64,000 bases of DNA. Origin: an uncultured delta proteobacterium (GTDB lineage: Bacteria > Desulfobacterota > Binatia > UBA9968). The stretch covers positions 32,001 to 96,000 of the forward strand of contig CAWDPO010000045.1 in assembly GCA_963804165.1 (NCBI GenBank), written 5' to 3'. The notes beneath the pieces were generated by a model that searched no databases, was not told the origin of the DNA, and saw only the letters and a program-made list of their open reading frames with translations. Positions 28,546 through 39,699 of this stretch are shown in pieces (position 1 is the stretch's first letter; the number at the start of each line of letters is the position of its first letter). A program made the translations under genes and the position numbers.

Positions 28546-29101
28546 ATGGCGACAGCCTGGCCGGACAAAGACGACCACGAACTGCTCGAGTTCATCCAGG
28601 CGGGCAACGGCCAAGCGTTTGCCGTCCTTGTTGAGCGCCACACCGAGCGCTTTTACCGCCTCGCCTATCGATATCTCCAAAGCAAGGAAGCGGCCGAAGA
28701 TGCGATCCAGGATGCGTTTCTTAAACTGTGGGAAAATCCGGCGCTTTGGCAACCGGAGCGGAACAGCAAATTTACCACCTGGTTTTACCGCGTCGTGGTG
28801 AATCTTTGTCTCGACATGCGCAAAAAGAAGGCCCCGGTGGCCCTCGACGACGAGATGCCATTGATCGATGATCGTGAACCGGTGGAAGAACTGGTAATGC
28901 AAGACTCAGGAACAAAAGTTATTGGAAAGAGAAATCGTCGCCCTCCCTGAGCGCCAGCAAACCGCGTTGAATCTCTGTTTCGACGAAGGTTTAAGCAATC
29001 AGGAAGCGGCCGAAATTATGGGGGTAAATCTCAAAGCGCTGCAGTCGCTGATCATGCGGGCCAAGACGACACTGAAAGAACGAATGAAAGCCTTTTTATG
29101 A
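28546..29101 (+). pseudogene. ECF sigma-70 factor with a frameshift near 28900 (or a sequencing error)
   Basis: region 2 (AEDAIQDAFLKLW, WFYRVVVNLCLD) in one frame; region 4 (LPERQQTALNLCFDEGLSNQEAAEIMG...RAKTTLK) continues in another frame to TGA at 29099-29101. Confidence 0.88.
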
Positions 29102-29108
29102 GGTCGTT

Positions 29109-29423
29109 ATGAACGAAAATCGTGATGAAAAGCTCGACAACTTGCTGAGCTCGCGCCGAGTCGAGTCTGTCAGTCCCGACTTGGCCCAGCGAATCATTTT
29201 ACAAGCGCGGCAGCTGCCGCAAAACAAGTCGTTTTCGCCGTGGCAGTGGCTGCGCGAGCTATGCGTTGAATTTCACTTGCCCAAGCCCGCCTACGTCCTT
29301 GCGACTGCGCTCATTTTCGGGCTGGTGATCGGCTTTAGCACGCCGCCGGACTCGACTTCGAATGCCAACGACGACTCTGCGAGCGCGCAAAGCGTTTTCG
29401 CCGCGGATGAGGACCTGTTATGA
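29109..29423 (+). CDS. putative membrane anti-sigma factor
   Basis: single TM helix; immediately after the ECF sigma gene. Confidence 0.7.
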   Translation: MNENRDEKLDNLLSSRRVESVSPDLAQRIILQARQLPQNKSFSPWQWLRELCVEFHLPKPAYVLATALIFGLVIGFSTPPDSTSNANDDSASAQSVFAADEDLL

Positions 29424-29860
29424 CCAAAACCGTCAAATTGGCGTTTCTCGCGTCGCTGGTTTTAAATATCATTTTGCTCGGTGTGATTTTGGGACACGTA
29501 CCGCGCAGCTTGGAGGGCAGACCTTCGCGCCAAGCCCGCATGGAACAGGCGCTGCAGGACTTGCCCGACTCCGTGGAGGCCAGATTTCGTGAAAAGTTTC
29601 AGCAAATTCGCGCCGCCGGCGAGCCCCAGCGCCAGCAGATGGACAGTGCCCGTGCTGAGGCGCTGCGGTTATTAAGTGCCGAGCCCTTCGATGAAGCAGC
29701 CTACGACCGGCAAGTCAGCAATATTGACCGCTTGCGCGAGGAAATGTTCAAGCGCATGGGCCAAGTTGTCAAACAAACCGCCAAGGAACTCTCTCCCGAA
29801 GAACGGCGCCTGTTCGCCGACGTGCTGCGTCGACCGCCGCCTCCTCCTCGCGGCAAGTAG
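29420..29860 (+). CDS. periplasmic heavy-metal sensor / Spy-CpxP-like helical protein
   Basis: ASLVLNIILLG leader, LSAEPFD and LSPEER motifs. Confidence 0.8.
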   Translation: MTKTVKLAFLASLVLNIILLGVILGHVPRSLEGRPSRQARMEQALQDLPDSVEARFREKFQQIRAAGEPQRQQMDSARAEALRLLSAEPFDEAAYDRQVSNIDRLREEMFKRMGQVVKQTAKELSPEERRLFADVLRRPPPPPRGK

Positions 29861-29907
29861 CGGAATTTCCGCTCCCCTGCACCGAAAGCAAATTTCTTTA
29901 AATTGCC

Positions 29908-29936
29908 AAGCGCCGGTAATTCCGGCGCTTTTTTTT
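29908..29936 (+). terminator. intrinsic terminator
   Basis: AAGCGCCGG-TAATT-CCGGCGCTT followed by a T run. Confidence 0.75.
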
Positions 29937-30011
29937 CTATCTTGGCAGCGAAGACTGGCGCCGGCTAGTTCGTATTATGAATTGATACCGTTGCGGAAGG
30001 GGTTACCGGAT

Positions 30012-31228
30012 ATGAAAATGACATGGCACCTAAACTCGATTAAAGCCCAGCACAAAAAGCTGGTTGGGTTTGTCGCTTTCGCAGCGATCGCCGCCGGCGG
30101 CTGGTACTGGTACAGCGCCGCCGCACAAGCGCCGAGGCGTGATGTCCTGGTGCCGATCACGGTGACTCGCGGCACCGTCGAAGCCTTGGTGACCGCCCAG
30201 GGTAAGCTCGAAGCCAAGCAGTACGTCGATGTCGGCACTCAAGTTTCCGGCCAGCTCAAAGCGATTCACGTCGACATCGGCGATACCGTGACCAAGGGTC
30301 AGTTGCTCGCCGAGATCGACCCGCGCGTCTACCAGGCCCAGGTGGAAGCCGGTGAAGCGAAGCTGAACAGCTTGCGCGCCCAGTTAAATCAGCAGAAAGC
30401 CGAGGCGGTGCTGGCCGAGCAAAATCTCCAGCGCAACCAAAACCTGATCGCGGTCAACGCCGTGAGCAAGCAGGCGCTGCAGGAAACAGAATCGCAGGCC
30501 GCAGTCGCCAAAGCGCAAGTCGATTCGATCATCGCGCAGATCCAGGAAACCGAATCCAATCTCAAAGCCAGCCGCACCAATCTTGGCTTCACCAAAATCT
30601 ATGCGCCCGTCGCCGGCACGGTCACGACCTTGCCGACCAAGGAAGGCCAGACACTGAATGCCAATCAGACCACGCCGACGATCATGCAGGTGGCCAATTT
30701 GGATCTGATGACTGTGCGCGCGCAGGTAGCCGAAGCGGATGTCAGCAGCCTTAAAGAAAATATGCCGGCCTATTTCACCACGCTCGGCAAAAGCGATCAG
30801 CGCTGGACCGGCAAAGTACGCCAAGTGCTGCCTTCGCCGCAGATCGTCAACGACGTGGTGCTCTACGACGTCCTGATCGACGTGAAGAACGAAGGCCGCC
30901 AACTCATGACGGGTATGACGACACAGGTTTTTTTCATCCTCGGCAAAGCCGACAACGCGCTTGTGATCCCGGCGGAGCTGCTGACCCGGCGCGTCGCCAA
31001 GGAAGACACCGACAAAGGTAAAGCCTACCGTGTTGCAGTCGTCACCGAAGCCGGCCGCGAACAGCGTGTGATCCACGTCGGCTTGCAGACCCGCACCCAG
31101 GCCGAAGTCGTTGACGGACTGCAGGAAGGCGAACGAGTAGCGGCGACCCGGCCCGCGCCTGCAACCACTCAGGCCAGCAACCCGCAGCGCGGAGGCAACG
31201 CGCCACGCTTGAATCGAGGGCCTCAGCT

Positions 31229-31232
<4 letters not shown>
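30012..31232 (+). CDS. macA: MacA-like efflux periplasmic adaptor subunit
   Basis: VDVGTQVSGQLK, IYAPVAGTV, EGQTLNANQ, VAEADV. Confidence 0.88.
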
Positions 31233-33169
<1,937 letters not shown>

Positions 33170-33177
33170 GGTGAACG

Positions 33178-34521
33178 ATGCATAAACATCTATGGAACGG
33201 AACCGTCGCGCTATCCCTGGCTTTGTCGGCCTGTAGTTTGGCGCCCAATTATCAGCGGCCCGAGATGGCGCTGCCCACCGGCTGGAGCAACGTCGCCGGC
33301 GTCGGCGCCACGCAACAGAACACGACGTTGTTCTGGCAAGAGTTTGGCAGCGTTGATTTAAACCGGCTGATCGATAACGCATTGGCACAAAACCTTGACC
33401 TCGAAGCGGCGCTTCACCGCATCGATCAGGCGCGCGCCCAGGCAAAGATCGCCGGCGCGCCGCTTTACCCGAGTGTCAGCGCCAGCGGCTCGTCCTCGCG
33501 CACCTATCAAGATCCGAAAAACACCACCTCGGTGCGCGGCGGCGGCAGCGTCAGTTACGAAGTCGATCTCTGGGGCAAGAATCGTAACCAGAAAAAATCC
33601 GCCGACTACCAGGTCGATGCGAGCCAATTCGATCGCGAAGCGCTGCGCCTGGTCGTCACGTCCGATGCGACCAATTTCTACGCGCAGATTTTGAGTCTCA
33701 ACGACCGCGTCCACATCGCCGAATTCAATTTAAAAAATGCCGAGGAAATCCTCCGCATCATCGAAGCGCGCTTCGCCCAGGGCGGCGTTTCCGGCCTGGA
33801 AGTTTCCCAGCAGCGCGTTGAAGTCAACAGTTTTCGCACCGCGTTGGCGTCGCTCATGGAGCAGCGCAGCACCACCGCCAATGCCTTGGCGATCCTGCTC
33901 GGGCTGGCGCCGCAGAACTTTCCGGCACCCAGCGCGACGCTGGCCACGCTCTCTATGCCGCAGATTAGCTTGACGCCGCCGGCAACCCTCTTGACCGCGC
34001 GTCCGGACATCGAGAGCGCCGAAGCCGGTCTCCGCTCCGTCAATGCTGACATCGGCGTGGCGCGTGCGGCATTTTTCCCTTCTCTAACCTTGGGCGTCGA
34101 CACAGCAATTTCCGCCGGATTCGGCGGCCCGGCAGCGGCAGCGACGCAGATCGCCTCGAGTTTGCTCGCGCCGATCTTCACCGGAGGCCAACTCACCGGC
34201 AATCTGGAGAACGTCACCGCGCGCCAGAAAGAACTGGCGGCGCAATACCGTCAAACCGTGCTCGTGGCATTTCAAGAAGTCGAAGACGCCCTCGCCGCGC
34301 TCAAGAGCGCCAACGAACGCGCCGTGCTTTCACGCGCCACCGTCACCGAATCGCAGAACGCCTACGACATCGCCAAAGCGCGCTTCGACGCCGGCGCCAT
34401 CGACTACCTGACGCTGCTGGAAACTCAGCGCAGCCTCTACCAAGCGCAAGACGACCAGATCGCGATCAGGCAAGGCCAGCTCCAGTCGTTCGTCCAGCTA
34501 CGCAAAGCCCTGGGAGCGTGA
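33178..34521 (+). CDS. NodT/TolC-family outer membrane efflux lipoprotein
   Basis: lipobox LSAC; YEVDLWG, RPDI..AE, AFQEVEDAL. Confidence 0.92.
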   Translation: MHKHLWNGTVALSLALSACSLAPNYQRPEMALPTGWSNVAGVGATQQNTTLFWQEFGSVDLNRLIDNALAQNLDLEAALHRIDQARAQAKIAGAPLYPSVSASGSSSRTYQDPKNTTSVRGGGSVSYEVDLWGKNRNQKKSADYQVDASQFDREALRLVVTSDATNFYAQILSLNDRVHIAEFNLKNAEEILRIIEARFAQGGVSGLEVSQQRVEVNSFRTALASLMEQRSTTANALAILLGLAPQNFPAPSATLATLSMPQISLTPPATLLTARPDIESAEAGLRSVNADIGVARAAFFPSLTLGVDTAISAGFGGPAAAATQIASSLLAPIFTGGQLTGNLENVTARQKELAAQYRQTVLVAFQEVEDALAALKSANERAVLSRATVTESQNAYDIAKARFDAGAIDYLTLLETQRSLYQAQDDQIAIRQGQLQSFVQLRKALGA

Positions 34522-34571
34522 GTAACTAAAGGAAACTCGACGCTCCATCCCTTAACCAAATCATTCCGACC

Positions 34572-34606
34572 TACATAAGGGCAATCCCATGGGATGCTCT
34601 TATGTA
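34572..34606. repeat. palindromic hairpin (terminator or REP-like)
   Basis: TACATAAGGGCAATCCC-AT-GGGATGCTCTTATGTA. Confidence 0.55.
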
Positions 34607-34751
34607 TTCTTGGGTGACAGGAACTCCCGTCATCTAATGAAACCGCAGGGAATTCGTGAGAGAATTCGATTCGACGGTGATCTTCGGCGTCGGAATTTGC
34701 CCATGCAGGAAAATCATCGCTTCGTATTTCTCACGATGTGAAATATTTTGA

Positions 34752-34792
34752 TTGACGACAAGCACGTTGCAAATCTCCGTGCTTGTCGTCAA
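34752..34792. repeat. perfect 15-bp inverted repeat with 11-nt spacer
   Basis: TTGACGACAAGCACG ... CGTGCTTGTCGTCAA. Confidence 0.85.
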
Positions 34793-34897
34793 ATATGGGT
34801 TGGATCAGGGTGACAAAGACAAGAAACCTTGCCGAATCAGGCAGGTTAAACTCACGGGCTTTCTGAGGCAGGGGTTTTCAAAGAAAGGGGAAAATTC

Positions 34898-35134
34898 ATG
34901 AAGCTTGGATTATTCGCTATTCTGTTGCTCTTGACGGCGTGCGTCCCCCCGCGTCCCAACCCATCAGGCCAATATGACAGCAAGGGTGCGCCTTTATCCA
35001 ATGAAAGCAGACCCGCGAACACCCTCAGCCGGGACGCCTCCGACTGCGAGCGCCAAGCCGCAATATCTGCCGGCGTCGGCAATAGAGCGGAAGTTTTCAA
35101 TAACTGCATGAAAGCTAGACGTACTCCGAACTGA
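34898..35134 (+). CDS. small lipoprotein
   Basis: lipobox LTAC; D..DC...FNNCM.A disulfide-like pair. Confidence 0.75.
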   Translation: MKLGLFAILLLLTACVPPRPNPSGQYDSKGAPLSNESRPANTLSRDASDCERQAAISAGVGNRAEVFNNCMKARRTPN

Positions 35135-35260
35135 TCCGCCTTCACGATAATCCACGCACTATGAATCAATACAGAGAGATGAAGTTAGACAGTCTGGGGC
35201 CCCGCTTTGGTGACGAACTCTTGGTTGCGCCGCGCCTTTTTCGGACTGAAGCAACCCTGA

Positions 35261-35488
35261 TCAGTGCTCGTCGATCCACGTCTGCGCCATGAGCACAGCA
35301 AACTCATCCGCTTCACGTTGCGTGCAATAAGCGTGATTGAATTGATATTGATGCGAGGGGTATTCCATCTTTTGGGTCGCGGCTTCCTGATGTGTCACGG
35401 TATATTGTGGCACCCAGGTGCCATTTTTTTCGCGCTGGAACGATTCGCTGCGAATCACATAGTCTTTGTACGAAGTATCCTGTTTCAT
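35261..35488 (-). CDS. small hypothetical protein, paralog-like to 39440-39682
   Basis: YKDYVI...WVP...EADEFAVLMAQTWID pattern. Confidence 0.65.
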   Translation of the reverse strand: MKQDTSYKDYVIRSESFQREKNGTWVPQYTVTHQEAATQKMEYPSHQYQFNHAYCTQREADEFAVLMAQTWIDEH

Positions 35489-35574
35489 GTTCGCCGACAC
35501 TCTGACTTTGTTCAAGCAGGGCAGTCACCCATCGGCACGCGCCTATTGGAGAGTTATCTGATTTCCTCAATACG

Positions 35575-35748
35575 TTATAAAATCGGAAGCGCCGAGCGAA
35601 TTTCCGACTCCGCCGTCGGCTGATTGCCTTCTTGCGAGCTGTCGGGAGATTTCGCCTTTTCGTTACGCCGCTCAATTTTGCGTGCCGCCTTTTTCTGTTG
35701 CTTTTCCTTGCGCGCCCAAGCCTTTTGGCGCTTCTTAAAGGTTTCCAT
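35575..35748 (-). CDS. 57-aa basic small protein (not in ORF track)
   Basis: AGGAGG RBS; METFKKRQKAWARKEKQQKKAARKIERR... Confidence 0.7.
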   Translation of the reverse strand: METFKKRQKAWARKEKQQKKAARKIERRNEKAKSPDSSQEGNQPTAESEIRSALPIL

Positions 35749-36196
35749 AATCTCCTCCTACGGCTAAAGGTTTGTTGAAGACACCGAGAGGCGATACCCG
35801 CTGGAACCACCTCTTAAAACTCAATCAAGTTTGGCCCGAAGATGCGTTAGTCGGACTTTGGAATGAGGACGGTTAGTCCATAAGAGTATAGCAGAGTATG
35901 TGGGTAAAGATAGCCCGCGCGGACTTTGGCTGGAGTCCCCTCGTCCCGTGGTGTAAAGCGTGACCTGCGATTTCCTCTAGTTCATCGCCTTGCCCTACAA
36001 TCGGATCGCAAACTACGTGTATTAAATAATTCCATCGGCAAGTAATGCTTGGGCAGTGACATACCGCGAGGGCGCTCGACTATTACAACCCGCCGGTGTC
36101 CTGATGGGCGTCATAGTTCTTAAAAGAATACGAACTCGGCGGGATATCTCGTTCGGGCCGTCTCGTGCTCTCACGTGGACCTGGACCTCAGCGGTA

Positions 36197-36427
36197 TTAG
36201 GGCGACGTTTTGACACCAACTACTACCAACACGATCCCACTTACCAGCGCCAATCCGCCCAAGAACGGCGAGACCGCAAGAGTCTGCTTGGCATCGGTAC
36301 GAGTTTGAAGGCCCGTGGTGTCGACGGTCTTCTCGTAGCTTGTGTCGCTGCCCCCTTGATAAGAAAAAGCCACGATGCCGAGAAGGATGAGGGCGATACC
36401 GACGTGTATTATTGGTTTAGTATTCAC
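36197..36427 (-). CDS. DUF3185-like small two-TM protein, paralog of 60994-61224
   Basis: VGIALILLGIVAFSYQG...SPFLGGLALVSGIVLVVVG; GTG start. Confidence 0.75.
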   Translation of the reverse strand: MNTKPIIHVGIALILLGIVAFSYQGGSDTSYEKTVDTTGLQTRTDAKQTLAVSPFLGGLALVSGIVLVVVGVKTSP

Positions 36428-36704
36428 AAAAACCTCTCTCTCTTTCAGCAAAACCGAAACGGCTGAACAACTCTGGACTGCCGAATACGATTGATCCCTA
36501 TCTCCGGGAGAGCGCAAGCCACAATTACATGAATCATCCCGATAACCAACGTATAGGAACCAAAAATTTAGAGCCCCATGACCAAAGGCTTCGCGAAGAT
36601 CGCCCAAGACACGACACCAATTTCAACCAGTCTTTTCTGAAGGACCTAGGATTCTATCCAGGTTCAGAACCCCTCTTACGATCCGCTGAATCGAAAGGAA
36701 TTGC

Positions 36705-36720
36705 CGTCCAAAACTAGACA
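36705..36720. promoter_or_regulatory. YGTCY-N6-RGACR palindrome (putative Crp-family box A)
   Basis: CGTCC-AAAACT-AGACA. Confidence 0.6.
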
Positions 36721-36765
36721 ATTTTGAAAAGAAATGTCGCGCTGCGTGCGAGCGGCTTCCGTGCT

Positions 36766-37455
36766 CTACGCAATCTGCGCCAAGTAATCGGTGAGTTTCT
36801 TTTCTTTGATGATGAGAAAACGATCCTTGTTGGTCTCGATCAGACCAAGGTTATGGAAGCGCTGCATGAACAAGCTGATCCTTGGCCGCGTCGTGCCCAC
36901 CATCTCGGAGAGTTCTTCATGGGAAATCTTCAGCTCAATGCGGATGCTACGCGGGTCCTTCTTGCCCATGGAGCGGGCCAACTGCAACAACGTCCGGCCC
37001 AGCCGCTGTTCGCTATCCACCGTCACGAGATTAGCGATCACCTGCTGCTGGTCGGCAATCCGCACCGCCAGGTAGCGCACGAAACCCTCGAACAACGAGT
37101 CGCGGCTTAGACGCCCCAAGAATTGAGAGCAAGGAATCTGCTTCAGCATCGTTTGCTTCATCGCCGTCGCCGTTTCGAGGCGCGTGCCTAAGCCGGACAG
37201 GCATAGCTCACCGAAAACGTCTCCCGGACCCTGAATGGCCAGCAGGCACTCTTTGCCGTCGGACGACAGCATGAGCAGCTTGATCTGGCCGCTTTCAACA
37301 AAATAGACCATCTCGTCTTGATCGCCGCACGTATATACGTTCGCGTGTCGAGCGATCTTGACGGCGCGAGTATTCAGGGTCTCGCGCACTAGCGAATCAC
37401 GTAGTTGTTGTTTGAACTCGTCGGCTTGAGGAGTCTGTTGAATCGCCATCATCAT
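36766..37455 (-). CDS. Crp/Fnr family transcriptional regulator
   Basis: cNMP-type barrel (SGQIKL, FGELCL, RLETA); HTH HEELSEMVGTTRPRISLF. Confidence 0.93.
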   Translation of the reverse strand: MMMAIQQTPQADEFKQQLRDSLVRETLNTRAVKIARHANVYTCGDQDEMVYFVESGQIKLLMLSSDGKECLLAIQGPGDVFGELCLSGLGTRLETATAMKQTMLKQIPCSQFLGRLSRDSLFEGFVRYLAVRIADQQQVIANLVTVDSEQRLGRTLLQLARSMGKKDPRSIRIELKISHEELSEMVGTTRPRISLFMQRFHNLGLIETNKDRFLIIKEKKLTDYLAQIA

Positions 37456-37746
37456 GTCTCCTATCGATGCCCACGATGAAAACAACGACGGTCGACTTTC
37501 CTGGGGCGCTCGTTCGGTTATCCTTCGGCGAAGAACCTCCGCGGTTGACGGGCACCTATGAGACTATCGCGCGGCTGGCGCCGTGTCCAGGGGGGATGCT
37601 GTCCAATGCTTGAGCTGTTTCCGTATGTACCACAGCAAACTAAGCTGGTTAATCTAAGCTGGTCAATCCAAATTGCGGTGACCAAATTAGATTTGAGAGG
37701 AGTGAGCACGCTCCACAAGAGAGCCCTCCAACTGTTTTTGAACTAT

Positions 37747-39210
37747 TTATGACTCCTTTGGTTCGTAGGCAACGACGCGGTCACCGCCGGCCTGCTTGGC
37801 CGCATACATGGCATTGTCAGCCGCGTGGAGTAATTCAGCAGCCGTGGAACCGTGTTCAGGCGCATCGGCAACGCCAGCCGATACAGTGATCGCGCCTGGC
37901 GTCGAGAACCCGTGCCGAATCTGCTTTTCTTTAACCAGCACGCGGATTTGTTCCACGCGTTGATGGGTGTCCGCGAGCGATGAATCGGGCAGCACGAGGA
38001 CAAACTCATCGCCGCCATAGCGGCACGAGATATCGCTCTTGCGCAGCTTTTCACGCAGCGCTTGCGCCAACTCGCGTAACATCGAGTCGCCGGCGTCGTG
38101 GCCGAAGGTATCGTTGAACGGCTTAAAGTTATCGAGGTCGAGCATCACGACGCAGAGCGGCGAGTTGCCACGCCGCGCTCGATGCAGCTCGCGCGCTAGA
38201 TTCTCTTCCAAATAGCGCCGATTGCATAGCCCGGTCAGAGGATCATGGGTAGCCTGTTCGCGCAGCTCCTCCCGTAGTTTCAAATTATACAAAGACAGCT
38301 TGATCGTTTCGCCCACCGCCACGGCCAGTTGTTGCCTCGTGACCGAACCGATAAGTTTTCCTGCCGCGCCGGTGAGACACAACAGTCCGGTTGCTCCGCT
38401 CTTGACTATCAAAGGTACACACAAATAGCCGGCCTGGGGTTGATGGACAAAGTGATGACACAGCAAATCCACCCGGGGATCGATGACTTCATGCAATTGA
38501 CCGCGCCGTATCGCCCAACAGTCCTCCAATGAAAAGGGGGACTTTAGCGGTGACTCGTTGCCCCAATGGGCAACCTTCTCCAAGTGTTGATTCCGGCCGC
38601 CCGAAATAGCTAATCCGCCACTGTCCTCGGTAAATAATTCATTCGCCATCAGGCCAACCACCTGGTAGGCCTCGGCCTGGGTGGTGCACGATTGAAGCAG
38701 ATCGTTTAGGCGGATGAGCGACTTCATTTCCTCGTCACGCCTTTGTAGTTCAGCCACCGAAGCCCTCAACTCGTCATTGACCTTCCGTATACCCTCCTCG
38801 GCCTGTTTGCGGGCAGTAATGTCGCGGACGTTGCACTGGATCACGCGCCAGCCGTCGACCAGGTAGACATTGCTGACGAACTCCACCTGGATTTGTTGTC
38901 CGGCTTTGGTTTCCAACGGCAGGTTCTCGTAACGGATGTATTCCTTTTTCTGCAAGTCGCGCATGGCGTCCTGGCTCGCGGCAATATCTTTGACTGGACC
39001 GATCTCCCAGAGCGCCTTGCCGATTAACTCGGTGTGAGAATATCCCAGCATGTCTTGCAGGAACGGGTTGACGTCGGTGACCCGTCCCGTGTCCGCATCC
39101 AGGAGGAGAATACCGTCCTTAGCCGTCTCGAAGAGGCGCCGGTAGCGAAGTTCGGAAGCTCGCGACTGCTCCCGCGTGAGCGTGGCGCCATTGTCGGTGT
39201 TATCATCCAT
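37747..39210 (-). CDS. PAS-GAF-GGDEF diguanylate cyclase
   Basis: PAS ending RDIT; DPLTGLCNRR, DLDNFK.FNDTFGH, RYGGDEF; RKSD I-site. Confidence 0.93.
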   Translation of the reverse strand: MDDNTDNGATLTREQSRASELRYRRLFETAKDGILLLDADTGRVTDVNPFLQDMLGYSHTELIGKALWEIGPVKDIAASQDAMRDLQKKEYIRYENLPLETKAGQQIQVEFVSNVYLVDGWRVIQCNVRDITARKQAEEGIRKVNDELRASVAELQRRDEEMKSLIRLNDLLQSCTTQAEAYQVVGLMANELFTEDSGGLAISGGRNQHLEKVAHWGNESPLKSPFSLEDCWAIRRGQLHEVIDPRVDLLCHHFVHQPQAGYLCVPLIVKSGATGLLCLTGAAGKLIGSVTRQQLAVAVGETIKLSLYNLKLREELREQATHDPLTGLCNRRYLEENLARELHRARRGNSPLCVVMLDLDNFKPFNDTFGHDAGDSMLRELAQALREKLRKSDISCRYGGDEFVLVLPDSSLADTHQRVEQIRVLVKEKQIRHGFSTPGAITVSAGVADAPEHGSTAAELLHAADNAMYAAKQAGGDRVVAYEPKES

Positions 39211-39318
39211 TTCAGCACCCCTTTCCCCGCTGGCACGCTGCTTAACGAAAGGAAACCAAATCGATGTACCGACGAGACAGTTTATGGGTTATTATCTTGC
39301 GCTCATCGGCAAGAGTTC

Positions 39319-39334
39319 TGTCTAATATTGGACA
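39319..39334. promoter_or_regulatory. putative Crp-family box B
   Basis: TGTCT-AATATT-GGACA; minus-strand GATAAT at 39296-39291 (centre about -42.5). Confidence 0.75.
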
Positions 39335-39439
39335 ATCTTGAATGAAGTTATAACGAGGGCGGCGGGCTCGCGCGGCGTGTGGCGCGCTGCCATTCAGTTA
39401 AACGATGACATGGAAGCGGTCGCTAAAATGACAGAGATC

Positions 39440-39682
39440 CTAGCTGAAGTGGCCATTCTGGACATGGTTATCCACCCACACTCGCGCGGTCTCGATGGCG
39501 GAAATCTCAGCCTCGGAGGCATATACAAAGCGGTCTTGCGGACGACCTTTAAGAGAGGCCACGTGCTTTCTTTCACCCTCACTCCAACAAACACTGGCCA
39601 CGGGGAGCCAAAAGCAATCTCCAGCATCGCGCTGAGTCGCGACAAAGATCAGATGTTCCTTGTAAGTCATTCGCGCTTCCAT
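39440..39682 (-). CDS. small hypothetical protein
   Basis: YKEHLI...WLP...EAEISAIETARVWVD, similar to 35261-35488. Confidence 0.6.
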   Translation of the reverse strand: MEARMTYKEHLIFVATQRDAGDCFWLPVASVCWSEGERKHVASLKGRPQDRFVYASEAEISAIETARVWVDNHVQNGHFS

Positions 39683-39699
39683 CCGACATCTTGACTAAT

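Noticed and set aside
28890-28930. programmed frameshift in the ECF sigma gene
   Set aside because: No slippery heptamer or stimulatory structure evident; mutation or sequencing error is simpler
29676-30011. long N-terminal extensions given by the ORF track (macA; likewise sufB, the 12520 start and the 17584 start)
   Set aside because: They overlap neighbouring genes or terminators; downstream starts with RBS match family lengths
37600-37615. TGTCC-AATGCT-TGAGC upstream of crp1 as another Crp-type box
   Set aside because: Right half-site too degenerate to call
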